DNA of 64,000 nucleotides from an uncultured Clostridia bacterium. Its GTDB lineage: Bacteria > Bacillota > Clostridia > TANB77 > CAG-508. The notes beneath the pieces were generated by a model. The model saw only the letters and a list, made by a program, of their open reading frames with translations, was not told where the DNA came from and did no database searches. The position numbers and the translations under genes were made by a program. Each line of letters begins with the position of its first letter. Positions within the stretch are counted from its first letter, which is position 1. The stretch is taken from NCBI GenBank assembly GCA_934130285.1, contig CAKOXT010000001.1, forward strand, positions 435,232-499,231. The letters are read 5' to 3'. This document shows, piece by piece, positions 1 to 8,956 of the stretch.

Positions 1-617
1 CCTATATCTGAATATTGCTGACCTTGCCAATTCTCCCATGCTAATTGAGTTAGTTCCATTTCTTTGTAATTTCCATAAAAAGCTACCCAAAGTGGATATT
101 CTTCTGCTAATGTAAATGTATTTTTAGCATTGTATAAATCACTATATATAATTACATCTTTTTCTGTTAGTTCTTTAATTTTTTCAGCAAAAGCTCGTGT
201 TATGTCATTTATATTTTCTTTTGACAATTCTCCGAAATCTTCAAAGTCTATTGCTAATTTACAATCAATCTGTTTTTCTGAAATGATTGATGAAAAGAAC
301 TCTGCTTCTCTCTCCGCTTCTGTTATACTTCTTGCAGTCAGATAATGATAAACTCCTACTTTTAAGCCATTCAATTTAGCGTTTTCATAATTTATTTCAA
401 AATATGGATCTTTATAATTTTGACCTTGTGATGCCTTTATATATACGATTTCAATTCCGTCATTTTTTACTTGATTGTAATCTATGTATCCCTGCCAACT
501 ACTTACATCTATCCCTTCAAGTAAATCTTCAGAACTTGGTGATAGTGCATAGCAATTTGTTGCCATAATAAACAATATAACTATTTCAAGAACAAAAAAA
601 TTTCTTACTTTTTTCAT
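1..617 (-). CDS. GH25-family lysozyme (1,4-beta-N-acetylmuramidase); signal peptide present; C-terminus runs off the window edge
   Basis: My translation of the minus strand from the ATG at 617 gives MKKVRNFFVLEIVILFIMATNCYA...GIDVSSWQGYIDYNQVKNDGIEIVYIKASQG...GVYHY. This matches the GH25 signature (DVS.WQG, FVYIKA.EG, G.YHY). The RBS GGAGGGACAAT precedes the ATG. The ORF is absent from the supplied track because it is truncated by the window edge. Confidence 0.6.
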   Translation of the reverse strand, partial: MKKVRNFFVLEIVILFIMATNCYALSPSSEDLLEGIDVSSWQGYIDYNQVKNDGIEIVYIKASQGQNYKDPYFEINYENAKLNGLKVGVYHYLTARSITEAEREAEFFSSIISEKQIDCKLAIDFEDFGELSKENINDITRAFAEKIKELTEKDVIIYSDLYNAKNTFTLAEEYPLWVAFYGNYKEMELTQLAWENWQGQQYSDI

Positions 618-681
618 ATTGTCCCTCCGTTTCAAATTTTAATTCTGTATATTATATGAAAATAAGTAAGAAAATTTACTT

Positions 682-1290
682 TTATTTATTATAAATTATT
701 TCTCTAGCTTTCATTAAGTTTCCTAATACTTGATTTTTCAAATTCTTTTTTAAATCGTATTCCTCAAAAAGAATTTTTTTTATTTTATTTTGATTTTCTT
801 CTGATATTTCGTTCCATTTAGGTTGAAGTTCTTCTAAAAATTTTACCCATTTTAAATATATATCTTTGTTTCTTTTATAAATATTGTGATTTCCATTTAA
901 CCATTTATCGACTTTAGTCATTTTGTTATTTTCTTTTGGACATGTTCTCATATTTATGAATAAATCTTTTTCTACATCTATTGGTATTAGTGGAAACATA
1001 ACACATTGAATCGGTTTGACTTTATGTATCTTACATCTATAATTCTCGTTGTTATTTAGCACACAGCGTCTTTCCTCTCCTTCTGCATTTATTGCTATTT
1101 CTGGTGCTTCATTTTCTACAGGATGAGTATATTTTTCTATAAATTCTTTTGGTGATATTTTTAAAAACTTGCTTATTTCTAGAACACTTATTGGTGCTAA
1201 TTTAATATCTCCTCTATATTTACAGCATCTATCGCATATTTTACAACTTAAATTTGTTTTAGACTTCAATGTTAATACTTCTTGATTCAT
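682..1290 (-). CDS. YkgJ-family cysteine-cluster (CxxCxxCC zinc/iron-chelating domain, UPF0153) protein
   Basis: CKICDRCCKY motif followed by a second Cys cluster (RCVLNN...YRCKIH...CVMFP), typical of the YkgJ / flagellin N-methylase-like family. Confidence 0.55.
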   Translation of the reverse strand: MNQEVLTLKSKTNLSCKICDRCCKYRGDIKLAPISVLEISKFLKISPKEFIEKYTHPVENEAPEIAINAEGEERRCVLNNNENYRCKIHKVKPIQCVMFPLIPIDVEKDLFINMRTCPKENNKMTKVDKWLNGNHNIYKRNKDIYLKWVKFLEELQPKWNEISEENQNKIKKILFEEYDLKKNLKNQVLGNLMKAREIIYNK

Positions 1291-1465
1291 TTAACTATTT
1301 TATCAATATCATACTAATGTTGTATTTAATTGATAAATTCCTTTCCTTATTTCTAAATATGTATTAATTATATATAAAACTTATTTTAACTTCAATAGAG
1401 TATACTTCTTAAAGTATATTATTTAATTATTTAACTATTTTTATATTTATTTTACGTATATCAAA

Positions 1466-1500
1466 AAAACAGCAGACATTGGAAATCCAATGTCCGCCAT
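1466..1500 (-). terminator. Rho-independent terminator (palindromic, usable from both strands) downstream of the GC-rich ORF
   Basis: An 11-bp stem gcagacattgg / ccaatgtccgc with loop aaat, flanked by an A-run on one side and a T-run on the other. Confidence 0.5.
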
Positions 1501-1509
1501 TTTTGAAGA

Positions 1510-1836
1510 TTACATAACCTTGGTAGTCTGATAAGACTCAAGTCCTGTAATCTTCAGGAAGTCTTCCACGATGATGACTTCAGGAAGCTGCCCACGATTT
1601 GGAATTACTCCCAAAATCTGGTGAACTTCGCCTTCACGAGTGAGCAAAAACTCTCCGTTTGTCACAAACTCACAGAGTTTCCACTCCGGATGCAACTCAC
1701 GGTACAGCTTTCTCAGCTCAGAGAGCTTCTGAAGTCCATACTCTTCCTTCAGCATTTTGCTGATGCCCATCCGAGTATCGAAATTCATACGTGGCGTGGT
1801 GTTGATAAGTTCCTTTTGCGCTTCTGTCATTTTCAT
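1510..1836 (-). CDS. Hypothetical 108-aa protein in a G+C-elevated cassette (likely start MKMTEAQKEL)
   Basis: The ORF track shows 1510..1908. AGGAGG lies 8 nt upstream of the internal ATG at 1836, so I place the start there. The coding sequence is about 45% G+C by hand count, against a very AT-rich background. The unit carries its own promoter and terminator. I could not recognise a protein family. Confidence 0.5.
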   Translation of the reverse strand: MKMTEAQKELINTTPRMNFDTRMGISKMLKEEYGLQKLSELRKLYRELHPEWKLCEFVTNGEFLLTREGEVHQILGVIPNRGQLPEVIIVEDFLKITGLESYQTTKVM

Positions 1837-1922
1837 AATGACACCTCCTAATGTCTGTTCCTTTTCTCCTCTGCACACATCTGTACAAATTCTAAAAGGT
1901 TTTGCCAACGAGCTACACTTTA

Positions 1923-1951
1923 ATTATACTACGTGTTTACATAATTTTCAA
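1923..1951 (-). promoter_or_regulatory. Consensus sigma-A-type promoter (TTGAAA-17-TATAAT) reading into the GC-rich ORF
   Basis: Minus-strand sequence ttgaaaattatgtaaacacgtagtataat: -35 TTGAAA, 17-nt spacer, -10 TATAAT. Confidence 0.45.
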
Positions 1952-2010
1952 GAGCTTTTAATCTCTATTTAATCATGCTACTCTATTTTGCTAAGGAGTT
2001 AATTTTTTCT

Positions 2011-2319
2011 TTATTTTACTTTTTGATATTCTTTGGTTTCTATATATTTTCCTAAATATTTTTCAAAAGCATTTTGACTAATTATTATTTCTTCTTTTTG
2101 CATTTTACTTAAGTGTTTTATTCTATATTCTAATTTACTTGCTAACACTCTATTTTCTGATGTCCATGCAGTTTCTATTTTTTCTACTGTATGTTTTTTT
2201 GTATACTTTGCACATTTTTCATTTTTGCTTACATGTTCCTGAAATCTTTTGTCTAGGTCAGTTGTTATTCCTGTATATATCGTGTTATCTTTACATCTAA
2301 TCATATATGTATAATACAT
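2011..2319 (-). CDS. GIY-YIG nuclease family protein (UPF0213 / YhbQ-like)
   Basis: N-terminus MYYTYMIRCKDNTIYTGITTDLDKRFQEH is the classic GIY-YIG motif. Size 102 aa. Confidence 0.75.
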   Translation of the reverse strand: MYYTYMIRCKDNTIYTGITTDLDKRFQEHVSKNEKCAKYTKKHTVEKIETAWTSENRVLASKLEYRIKHLSKMQKEEIIISQNAFEKYLGKYIETKEYQKVK

Positions 2320-2320
2320 T

Positions 2321-2791
2321 TTATTCCTCTTTTATATTCTCGTCTATTTCATCATTAGTTTTAGATAATTCATCATTTAAATTTTTTATGATAAAACCAA
2401 TACTTGTTGCTGTAGATAAAATCATTATAAATATTGATATATCAAGGCCTATATCATATGAGCCAATTAAAATACTGTATATCAATTTTAATGCTGTTAT
2501 TATAAGTATTATAGTTGAAATAATTGTTATAACTGTGCTTACATTATTCTTCCATTTCTTATCTTTTCCGGTTTGAAACCAATCGGCTACTACTTGTATT
2601 AGTATTATCATAATGTTCACCATAATACTTGGAATAAAAATATATGTTCTATTATGAAAATTACTACATTCTATTAGAGTGCTTTCAATTGTAGTTAAAT
2701 CATATATCCAGTTTCCAAATATTATTGCTATGATAATTACTGTCAAATTAAGTAGTGTTACATAAAGTACATTTCTTGTCATTTTTTTCAT
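2321..2791 (-). CDS. Hypothetical multi-TM membrane protein (paralog of the 4157..4727 gene)
   Basis: Hydrophobic helices throughout. It shares its RBS/start context (GGGGGAGAAAAGATGAAAAAA) and an MKK..R..L N-terminus with the downstream frameshifted gene. Confidence 0.5.
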   Translation of the reverse strand: MKKMTRNVLYVTLLNLTVIIIAIIFGNWIYDLTTIESTLIECSNFHNRTYIFIPSIMVNIMIILIQVVADWFQTGKDKKWKNNVSTVITIISTIILIITALKLIYSILIGSYDIGLDISIFIMILSTATSIGFIIKNLNDELSKTNDEIDENIKEE

Positions 2792-2900
2792 CTTTTCTCC
2801 CCCTTGAACTTTTGTTTATATCATATTTTTTATTACGTGTTCTAAATAAGCGATAATAAGAAAACAGAGTGATATATATAATTATATCACTCCACAGAAT

Positions 2901-4037
2901 TTATTTTATTTCAGTTCCACCCCATTCAACAGCTACAAATCCTGTTCTAGTAGGTGTTTCTAATTGTTGTTCTGTAATGTCAATAGGAGTTTCTAATCCT
3001 TTATATGTCATTAGTACTCTTATTATTGTATCTGGATTTGGATTTATTTCCAAAGGCATATTTTTATTGATTTCATCTAAAGTCGCAAATCTTATGTAGT
3101 TATATTTATTAGCTTCTAACTTTGGTAACCAATATATTATAAATTCTTCGGCTTCTCTTTCTGTTAACCCCAAAATGGCCAATTTTTCTTCCAAAAATGT
3201 AGATGCATCACTTCCTTTTACTATAAATCCATCGTTTTCTACTTTAAAATTTAGTAAATTTTCGCTTTCATAATATAATGAATATAAATTTTTATTTGTT
3301 GATAAATCTGTTAAAGTTCCATCTTTTTTAGCTAATACATTCCAACCATCTAAATATTTTGGATATGAAGTTGTTATATTATCTTTGTATTGTAATTTAA
3401 CAGAAACTTCTGTGTCTTCTTTTGGATATAAATATATAATTGGCTTATATGTTGTTCCATAGTCATCTATGTTATTGACTTTTTTTGTATTGATATTAAA
3501 TTTTGCATAAGTTATATTTTTGTCCAATGTTATAAATGTAAATTTTACTGTTGGAGCCAAATCACCTCCATATGAATAACTAGTAAGAGTAATATTTATA
3601 TTGGCTTCTGTCCCATTTAAGGTTACATTATCTATTGTATACTGATTGTTGGATGATGATTGATCATGAGCTTCTATTGCCAAAGTGTGATTTTTAAAAT
3701 AATCCTTATCAAAATAATTTAAAACATCTTCATTATCAATCGTAATCGTTTCAAATTGTTTAACATATTTTTCTAATTCTCCATATGACGTAACAAAAGT
3801 ATTTTCTATGCAATCTGAACTTCCACTATAATAACCTGTCTTTGTTGTATATTCAATTTCATTACCTTTTATTTTATTTTTTGAATTAGTATAAATAGTA
3901 GTACTATCTCCATTTGTGTAAGATGATATTCTAGTTTTATTAAAGCAATATATTACTATTCCTATAACAACTAAAATAGCGATTATTAGAATTATAGTTG
4001 TTTTTAAACTAATTTTTATTTGTTTCTTTTTCTCCAT
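2901..4037 (-). CDS. Hypothetical N-terminally membrane-anchored extracytoplasmic protein (378 aa)
   Basis: A single N-terminal TM (IILIIAILVVIGIVIY) followed by an Asn/Thr/Tyr-rich soluble domain. No family recognised. Confidence 0.45.
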   Translation of the reverse strand: MEKKKQIKISLKTTIILIIAILVVIGIVIYCFNKTRISSYTNGDSTTIYTNSKNKIKGNEIEYTTKTGYYSGSSDCIENTFVTSYGELEKYVKQFETITIDNEDVLNYFDKDYFKNHTLAIEAHDQSSSNNQYTIDNVTLNGTEANINITLTSYSYGGDLAPTVKFTFITLDKNITYAKFNINTKKVNNIDDYGTTYKPIIYLYPKEDTEVSVKLQYKDNITTSYPKYLDGWNVLAKKDGTLTDLSTNKNLYSLYYESENLLNFKVENDGFIVKGSDASTFLEEKLAILGLTEREAEEFIIYWLPKLEANKYNYIRFATLDEINKNMPLEINPNPDTIIRVLMTYKGLETPIDITEQQLETPTRTGFVAVEWGGTEIK

Positions 4038-4156
4038 TTTTCTTCTCCTTTGTATTTGAATAATATTATAATCTGAATTTATAATACCATTTTGAATATT
4101 ATAATTGCAATATTTTGTAATACTTAAATTATTATTTTTTGTAGGTTCGTGAAAAT

Positions 4157-4727
4157 TTAAAGATTTTCTTCTTTATCATCAGTATCTATAACTTTTTCAG
4201 TACAGGTTAGCCCTTTTATGAAGTTAAATATAAATAAAATCAAATTTATTGTAGCAATTGTGAATGAAAGCCCACAAAATACATATTCTGCTTTGTTGGT
4301 TTTTATACTTTCTTCAGCTAAATCTGCCCATACATCCTCTACTATATCGCTTGAAATTATTATATCGTTTTTTAGCTTTTGCTTTTCCCATATTAAGTTC
4401 GATATGTTATCAAATTCAATTCTTATAAACGAAATTATGGCAATACACATTGCTAATATGCAAAGTACATTTTTTACTTTGGATTCTGAACCATTTTTTA
4501 GTAACCTTGCTATTATTAGAAAGAACACAATACTAAATGTATTTAAGATTAAGTTGACTAAATACTCCAAGCTATCCCATCCGACTACCATCACTTAATA
4601 ATTTTTTGCTTATGAAGGTTGTTATTATTTGGTTTTTAATGTACATAATTAATATTAGTGCCACTATATTTAATAATGCTATAATAAGCATATTTCTTAT
4701 ACTTTTTTTCATCTTTTCTCCCCCTTT
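4157..4727 (-). pseudogene. Membrane protein paralog of 2321..2791, apparently split by a frameshift (47-aa N-terminal ORF plus 145-aa ORF in another frame)
   Basis: A small ORF MKKSIRNMLIIALLNIVALILIMYIKNQ... starts at 4727 with the same GGGGGAGAAAAG RBS as the paralog and stops at about 4578. The 145-aa ORF 4157..4594 continues in a different frame and resembles the paralog (NWIYDLTTIESTLI vs GWDSLEYLVNLIL). Confidence 0.35.
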
Positions 4728-4817
4728 ATTCTTTGCTCACATTATAACATATATAGAATATTTTTTTGAACATTTTTATTATATAAAAACCATGTGTGTT
4801 AAATATGTGATAAGAAC

Positions 4818-4935
4818 AAATCAAAGATTTTTTCATTAAATTTGTTCGTGTGCGAAAATTTATGAAATAAATTTTCTGTGCAGTGTAGTTTTATATATTA
4901 GGAAAGTTTCATAACTTTCCTAATATATAAAAAAA
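4818..4935. repeat. 118-bp intergenic repeat, copy A (about 99% identical to copy B at 55658..55775)
   Basis: aaatcaaagattttttcaTtaaatttgttcgtgtgcgaaaatttatgaaataaattttctgtgcagtgtagttttatatattaggaaagtttcataactttcctaatatataaaaaa. It contains the small hairpin ttcg-tgtg-cgaa and a 17-bp hairpin tatatattaggaaagtt/aactttcctaatatata. Confidence 0.6.
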
Positions 4936-4986
4936 TCCTAGAGTAGTTTGAATATTATATTTCTCTCTACTCTAGGATTTTATTTA
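4935..4986 (-). terminator. Bidirectional rho-independent terminator downstream of tRNA-Leu
   Basis: Stem atcctagagtag / ctactctaggat with T-runs on both sides. Confidence 0.5.
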
Positions 4987-4988
4987 TA

Positions 4989-5071
4989 TGGTACCGATGG
5001 TGGGACTCGAACCCACATGGTTTCCCGCATGATTTTGAGTCATGTGCGTCTGCCAATTCCGCCACATCGGC
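4989..5071 (-). tRNA. tRNA-Leu (anticodon CAA), class II tRNA with long variable arm
   Basis: The reverse complement reads GCCGATGTGGCGGAATTGGCAGACGCACATGACTCAAAATCATG...GGGTTCGAGTCCCACCATCGGTACCA. The acceptor stem GCCGATG/CATCGGT pairs, the T-loop is GGTTCGAGTCC, and the anticodon loop is CT-CAA-AA. Confidence 0.8.
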
Positions 5072-5138
5072 ATAAATTAACTTGCTTTTAAATAATACCA
5101 AATTTGCTATTTAAAAGCAAGTGATTTTTAAAATTATT

Positions 5139-7148
5139 TTAAATATTTCCACCGTCTGTCATATTATATGTTTCTCCTTTAGCTGTACCACTTACTGGCA
5201 CACTTAGTTGTTTGTATGTTTTTCCGTCTGCTGATATGCATATTGTTCCAATGTATGACCAATGATCAACAACAAGCCATCTTACATCAAATATATAATA
5301 TTGTTTTCCTGCACTATCTTTTCCCCAACCTGAATATGTATATCCTATATTATATCCAGTTTCTTCTGATGTAGTTCCCCATGTTTTTTCAGCTAATTTT
5401 TGTGCTTGGTCTTTTCCTATTGCTCCTTTTTCTGTTGGTTCGTCAGATGTATTTGTTGATGTTGATATAGTTGCTGAAGGCGTTGGTGTTGTACTTGGTG
5501 TTGGTGTTACGCTTTCTTCTTTGTAGCTTTCCATATAATGTTTTATTGCTTTTCCACCTTTGAATGTTAGCTCTGATGTTTTATATCCGTTTGTTATGTT
5601 TACTATTACTGTTTGTATACAGCTCCACTGTCCACCTGCATGTTCGAATTCACCTAATATGCATAATTCATTTTTATCATTAATGTATACTTTTAATTTT
5701 TCTATACTTTTTTTGATTCCGTCTTGCCATCCTGTTACTGTTTTATCATCATATAACGTACTCCAATTTGTTCCTAGTGCTGCTTTTTCTTTTGCTACTA
5801 GTGTATCATAATCTTTTCTTACTGCTTCTGTTGCTTTTGTTATTATTTCATCTTTACTTGAATTGTATTGTTTTATTAAATCTTCACTACTTATTTTGTT
5901 TAGTGTTTGTAAGTCAATATTATATGTGTCTGCTGTTATTGTTTCATTTCCGCCACTCCATACTAATACTGATAATACTGATTTATTTATTGTATATGAA
6001 TAAGAAATTTCTTCTGTTTCATATCCAACTTGGTCATAATAATTTGATGAGTTCATGCTGTCGCTAAATCCATATTTTTTCTTTATTTCTGTATTCATTG
6101 CTGCGACGTCTGTTGAATCTATGTTAATACATGGATACTCATATGTATTTCCATTTATTGTTTTTGTTGCTACTGAATAAACTATTTCTTTGCTATTATC
6201 TAATTTTTTAACATTCTTTAATGTTTTTACAGCTTCAACTTTTTCTTTTACTTCATCTGTTATCATATCGTCAGTATCAACATAATCTTTTTTAGCTTCT
6301 TCAAAAACTTTTTCTTTATCTTTTTTACTTGCGTCTTTGTCAAAGTCTACTTTTTCACTGTAATTTTCATCAACTTCTACGCAATCTGTATTTTTTGTTA
6401 ATTTTACTTCTTCTGATTTATATTCTTTATTCTCTAAATTTAAATCATAATATTTTGATGAGTTGTCTGCTTGTTTTTCAACAGCATACCAAACATAATC
6501 ATCTTTATTTGCATCATATACTAGTTTTAACTCAAAATCTTTGTCTAATGATACTTTTATTGTATCAACTTCATTTTTGTCGTTTATCTTGTATATATTT
6601 GCAATGTATTCTTTTGCATTTTTTATTCCATAAATGATTAACTCTGGTATTTTATCTCTATCCAAATCACATAATTGAATTTTTTGATTATCCATATCGT
6701 CTAATTTGTTTTTATCGTTTAGAACTTCAAGATATACATCTCCCCATTCTAATTTGCTTTGCTCTTTTGAATTGTCATCTCCATTTTCTGACATGTAGTA
6801 CCATACTCCTGCGCCAGCTCCAGCTAATAGTACAATTATTATAGCAATTACTAATATTATTTTCTTTTTGCTTTTTTTCTTGCCATTCTTTTTAGCTTCT
6901 TTAGACTTTTCTTCTGTTTTGTCTTTTTTATTTTTTTCTGGTTGTTGTGTTTCTTCAGCTTTTGGCTCTTCTTCAACTGATTTAGATTTTTCAGCTTCTT
7001 CTATTGCTCTTTTTTCTTCTTCAGCTTTTTTTGCTTCTTCATTTTTTTGAGCTTCTAGTTCTTTTGTCGCTTCTTCTATGTTTGCTCCGCATTTTGTACA
7101 GAATTTTGAGTTATCTGCAATTTTTTCATTACATTTAGGGCATATCAT
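5139..7148 (-). CDS. Zinc-ribbon domain membrane protein (N-terminal CxxC..CxxC, Lys/Glu-rich linker, single TM, large extracytoplasmic domain with a Thr/Pro/Ser linker)
   Basis: N-terminus MICPKCNEKIADNSKFCTKCGANIEE, then TM ILVIAIIIVLLAGAGAGVWYY, then TPTPSTTPTPSATISTSTNTS. It is a paralog of 58155..59477, with about 80% nucleotide identity over the first ~70 nt. Confidence 0.55.
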   Translation of the reverse strand: MICPKCNEKIADNSKFCTKCGANIEEATKELEAQKNEEAKKAEEEKRAIEEAEKSKSVEEEPKAEETQQPEKNKKDKTEEKSKEAKKNGKKKSKKKIILVIAIIIVLLAGAGAGVWYYMSENGDDNSKEQSKLEWGDVYLEVLNDKNKLDDMDNQKIQLCDLDRDKIPELIIYGIKNAKEYIANIYKINDKNEVDTIKVSLDKDFELKLVYDANKDDYVWYAVEKQADNSSKYYDLNLENKEYKSEEVKLTKNTDCVEVDENYSEKVDFDKDASKKDKEKVFEEAKKDYVDTDDMITDEVKEKVEAVKTLKNVKKLDNSKEIVYSVATKTINGNTYEYPCINIDSTDVAAMNTEIKKKYGFSDSMNSSNYYDQVGYETEEISYSYTINKSVLSVLVWSGGNETITADTYNIDLQTLNKISSEDLIKQYNSSKDEIITKATEAVRKDYDTLVAKEKAALGTNWSTLYDDKTVTGWQDGIKKSIEKLKVYINDKNELCILGEFEHAGGQWSCIQTVIVNITNGYKTSELTFKGGKAIKHYMESYKEESVTPTPSTTPTPSATISTSTNTSDEPTEKGAIGKDQAQKLAEKTWGTTSEETGYNIGYTYSGWGKDSAGKQYYIFDVRWLVVDHWSYIGTICISADGKTYKQLSVPVSGTAKGETYNMTDGGNI

Positions 7149-7169
7149 AATTTTTTCCTCCGTTTCTTA

Positions 7170-8885
7170 TTACATTTTATCTGGCATTTTGATACCTAAT
7201 AATGATGCTCCTGTTTTTAATACTACGCCTACTGCATATGTTAGGTATGTTCTTGCATTTTTAACTTTTTCATCATCTACTAAAACTTTATTATCATTAT
7301 AGAAATTGCTATAATTTTGAGAAACTTCTATTAAATATCTTGCAAGTATTGCTGGCTCGTTTTTCTCTGCAGCCATTTCAAGTGTTTCTTGGAATGCATA
7401 TAATGATTTCAAAACTTTTATTGATGATTCATCTGTTAATTGTGAAAAATCAACTTCTGAAAGTTCTGGAACTCTTCCAACTTTCTCTAATACACTCTTT
7501 GTTCTTACATATGTATATTGAATATATGGTCCTGTTTCACCTTGGAAATTTAATGCTGTATTCCAGTCAAATATTTGGTCCTTAGTATTAGTTGTTGATA
7601 AAGTATTAAATATTATTGCTGCAATTCCAACTTTCTTTGCTACTTCATCTTTATTTTCTAGGTCTGGATTTTTGGCTGTTATTATTTCTTTGGCTTTTTC
7701 AATTGTTTCATTTATTAGGTCTTCTATTTTTACTACATTACCTAATCTTGTTGACATTTTTCCAGTTGGTAATTGAACCATTCCATATGATATGTGTTTT
7801 AGACCTTTTGCATATTTCTCATCAACTAAGTATTTTGCAACTTCAAAGATTTGTTTGAAATGTAAATTTTGTTCATATGCAACTACATATAAGCATTTAT
7901 CAAAATCATATGTACGTGCTCTATAAAGTATTGCAGCTAAGTCTCTTGTTGCATATATTGTTGAGCCATTTGCTTTTTGGATTATGCATGGTGTTTCTAT
8001 TCCTGCATCTGTTAGGTCAACAATTTTTGCTCCTTCTGAGTCTGTTAATTTGCCTTTTTCTTCTAATATTTTTATTACTTCGTCTGTTTTATCTGCATAA
8101 AATGCTTCGCCATTTAATGAATCAAATTTTACATCTAAAACATCATAGATTTTATCGAATTCTTTTAAACTTAGATCTTTGAACTGATTCCATAAATCAG
8201 TACAATATTTATCTCCATTTTCTAAAAGTCTAAAGTTCTCTCTACAATTTTCAAGTACTTGCTCATCTTCTTTGCATAAATTGTTTATTCTTACATACAT
8301 GTCCACCATTTTATTTATTGGATCTTCTGTCAAATCATATTCAGTTCCCCACATTTTGTAAGCTTCTATCATTTTCCCAAATTGTGTTCCATAATCTCCT
8401 AAATGATTTACACCTATTGTATTATATCCTAAATACTTGTAAATCTTATATAAAGCACTTCCTATTAATGTTGTTCTTAAATGTCCTATGTGGAAAGGCT
8501 TAGCAATATTTGGTGAAGAATAGTCAATTACTATGTTCTTACCATTACCTTCATTGCTTTTTCCGAAATTTTCTTTTTCTGTATTTATCTCTGATAAAAC
8601 TTCTTTTACTAATTGTTCGTTATTTATATAAAAGTTTAAATATCCAGCCTTATCTTCAATTTTTTCAATATATTCGTCTGGTGAGATTTTTTCTCTTATT
8701 TCTGTTGCAATCATTACTGGTGATTTTTTTAATACTTTTGCTAATTTAAAGCATGGGAATGCATAATCTCCCATATCACTTTTAGGTGGTATTTCTATAT
8801 ATGTCATTATTTCGTTTTTGTCTAATTGTGTTGCATTAGCTATTTTTTCTGCTATTAGTTCGTTATAATTTATCATAATTATCAT
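7170..8885 (-). CDS. argS: Arginine--tRNA ligase
   Basis: 571 aa with the class I HIGH motif (PNIAKPFHIGHLRTT), in the usual ArgS-length ORF. Confidence 0.9.
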   Translation of the reverse strand: MIIMINYNELIAEKIANATQLDKNEIMTYIEIPPKSDMGDYAFPCFKLAKVLKKSPVMIATEIREKISPDEYIEKIEDKAGYLNFYINNEQLVKEVLSEINTEKENFGKSNEGNGKNIVIDYSSPNIAKPFHIGHLRTTLIGSALYKIYKYLGYNTIGVNHLGDYGTQFGKMIEAYKMWGTEYDLTEDPINKMVDMYVRINNLCKEDEQVLENCRENFRLLENGDKYCTDLWNQFKDLSLKEFDKIYDVLDVKFDSLNGEAFYADKTDEVIKILEEKGKLTDSEGAKIVDLTDAGIETPCIIQKANGSTIYATRDLAAILYRARTYDFDKCLYVVAYEQNLHFKQIFEVAKYLVDEKYAKGLKHISYGMVQLPTGKMSTRLGNVVKIEDLINETIEKAKEIITAKNPDLENKDEVAKKVGIAAIIFNTLSTTNTKDQIFDWNTALNFQGETGPYIQYTYVRTKSVLEKVGRVPELSEVDFSQLTDESSIKVLKSLYAFQETLEMAAEKNEPAILARYLIEVSQNYSNFYNDNKVLVDDEKVKNARTYLTYAVGVVLKTGASLLGIKMPDKM

Positions 8886-8956
8886 TCCTTTATATATAAA
8901 GAAAATTACTATCTAAAATTTAAATAGTAATAATCTTTTGTAAATTTGTTATTTTA

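Noticed and set aside
130-345. 71-aa plus-strand ORF at the window start
   Set aside because: It is antisense to the GH25 lysozyme gene, which has a clear start, RBS and family signature.
8886-8956. T-box leaders upstream of argS and lysS
   Set aside because: The upstream intergenic spacers are only about 70–90 bp, too short for a T-box riboswitch (about 250 nt), and contain no T-box consensus (AATTAGGGTGGNACCGCG-like).
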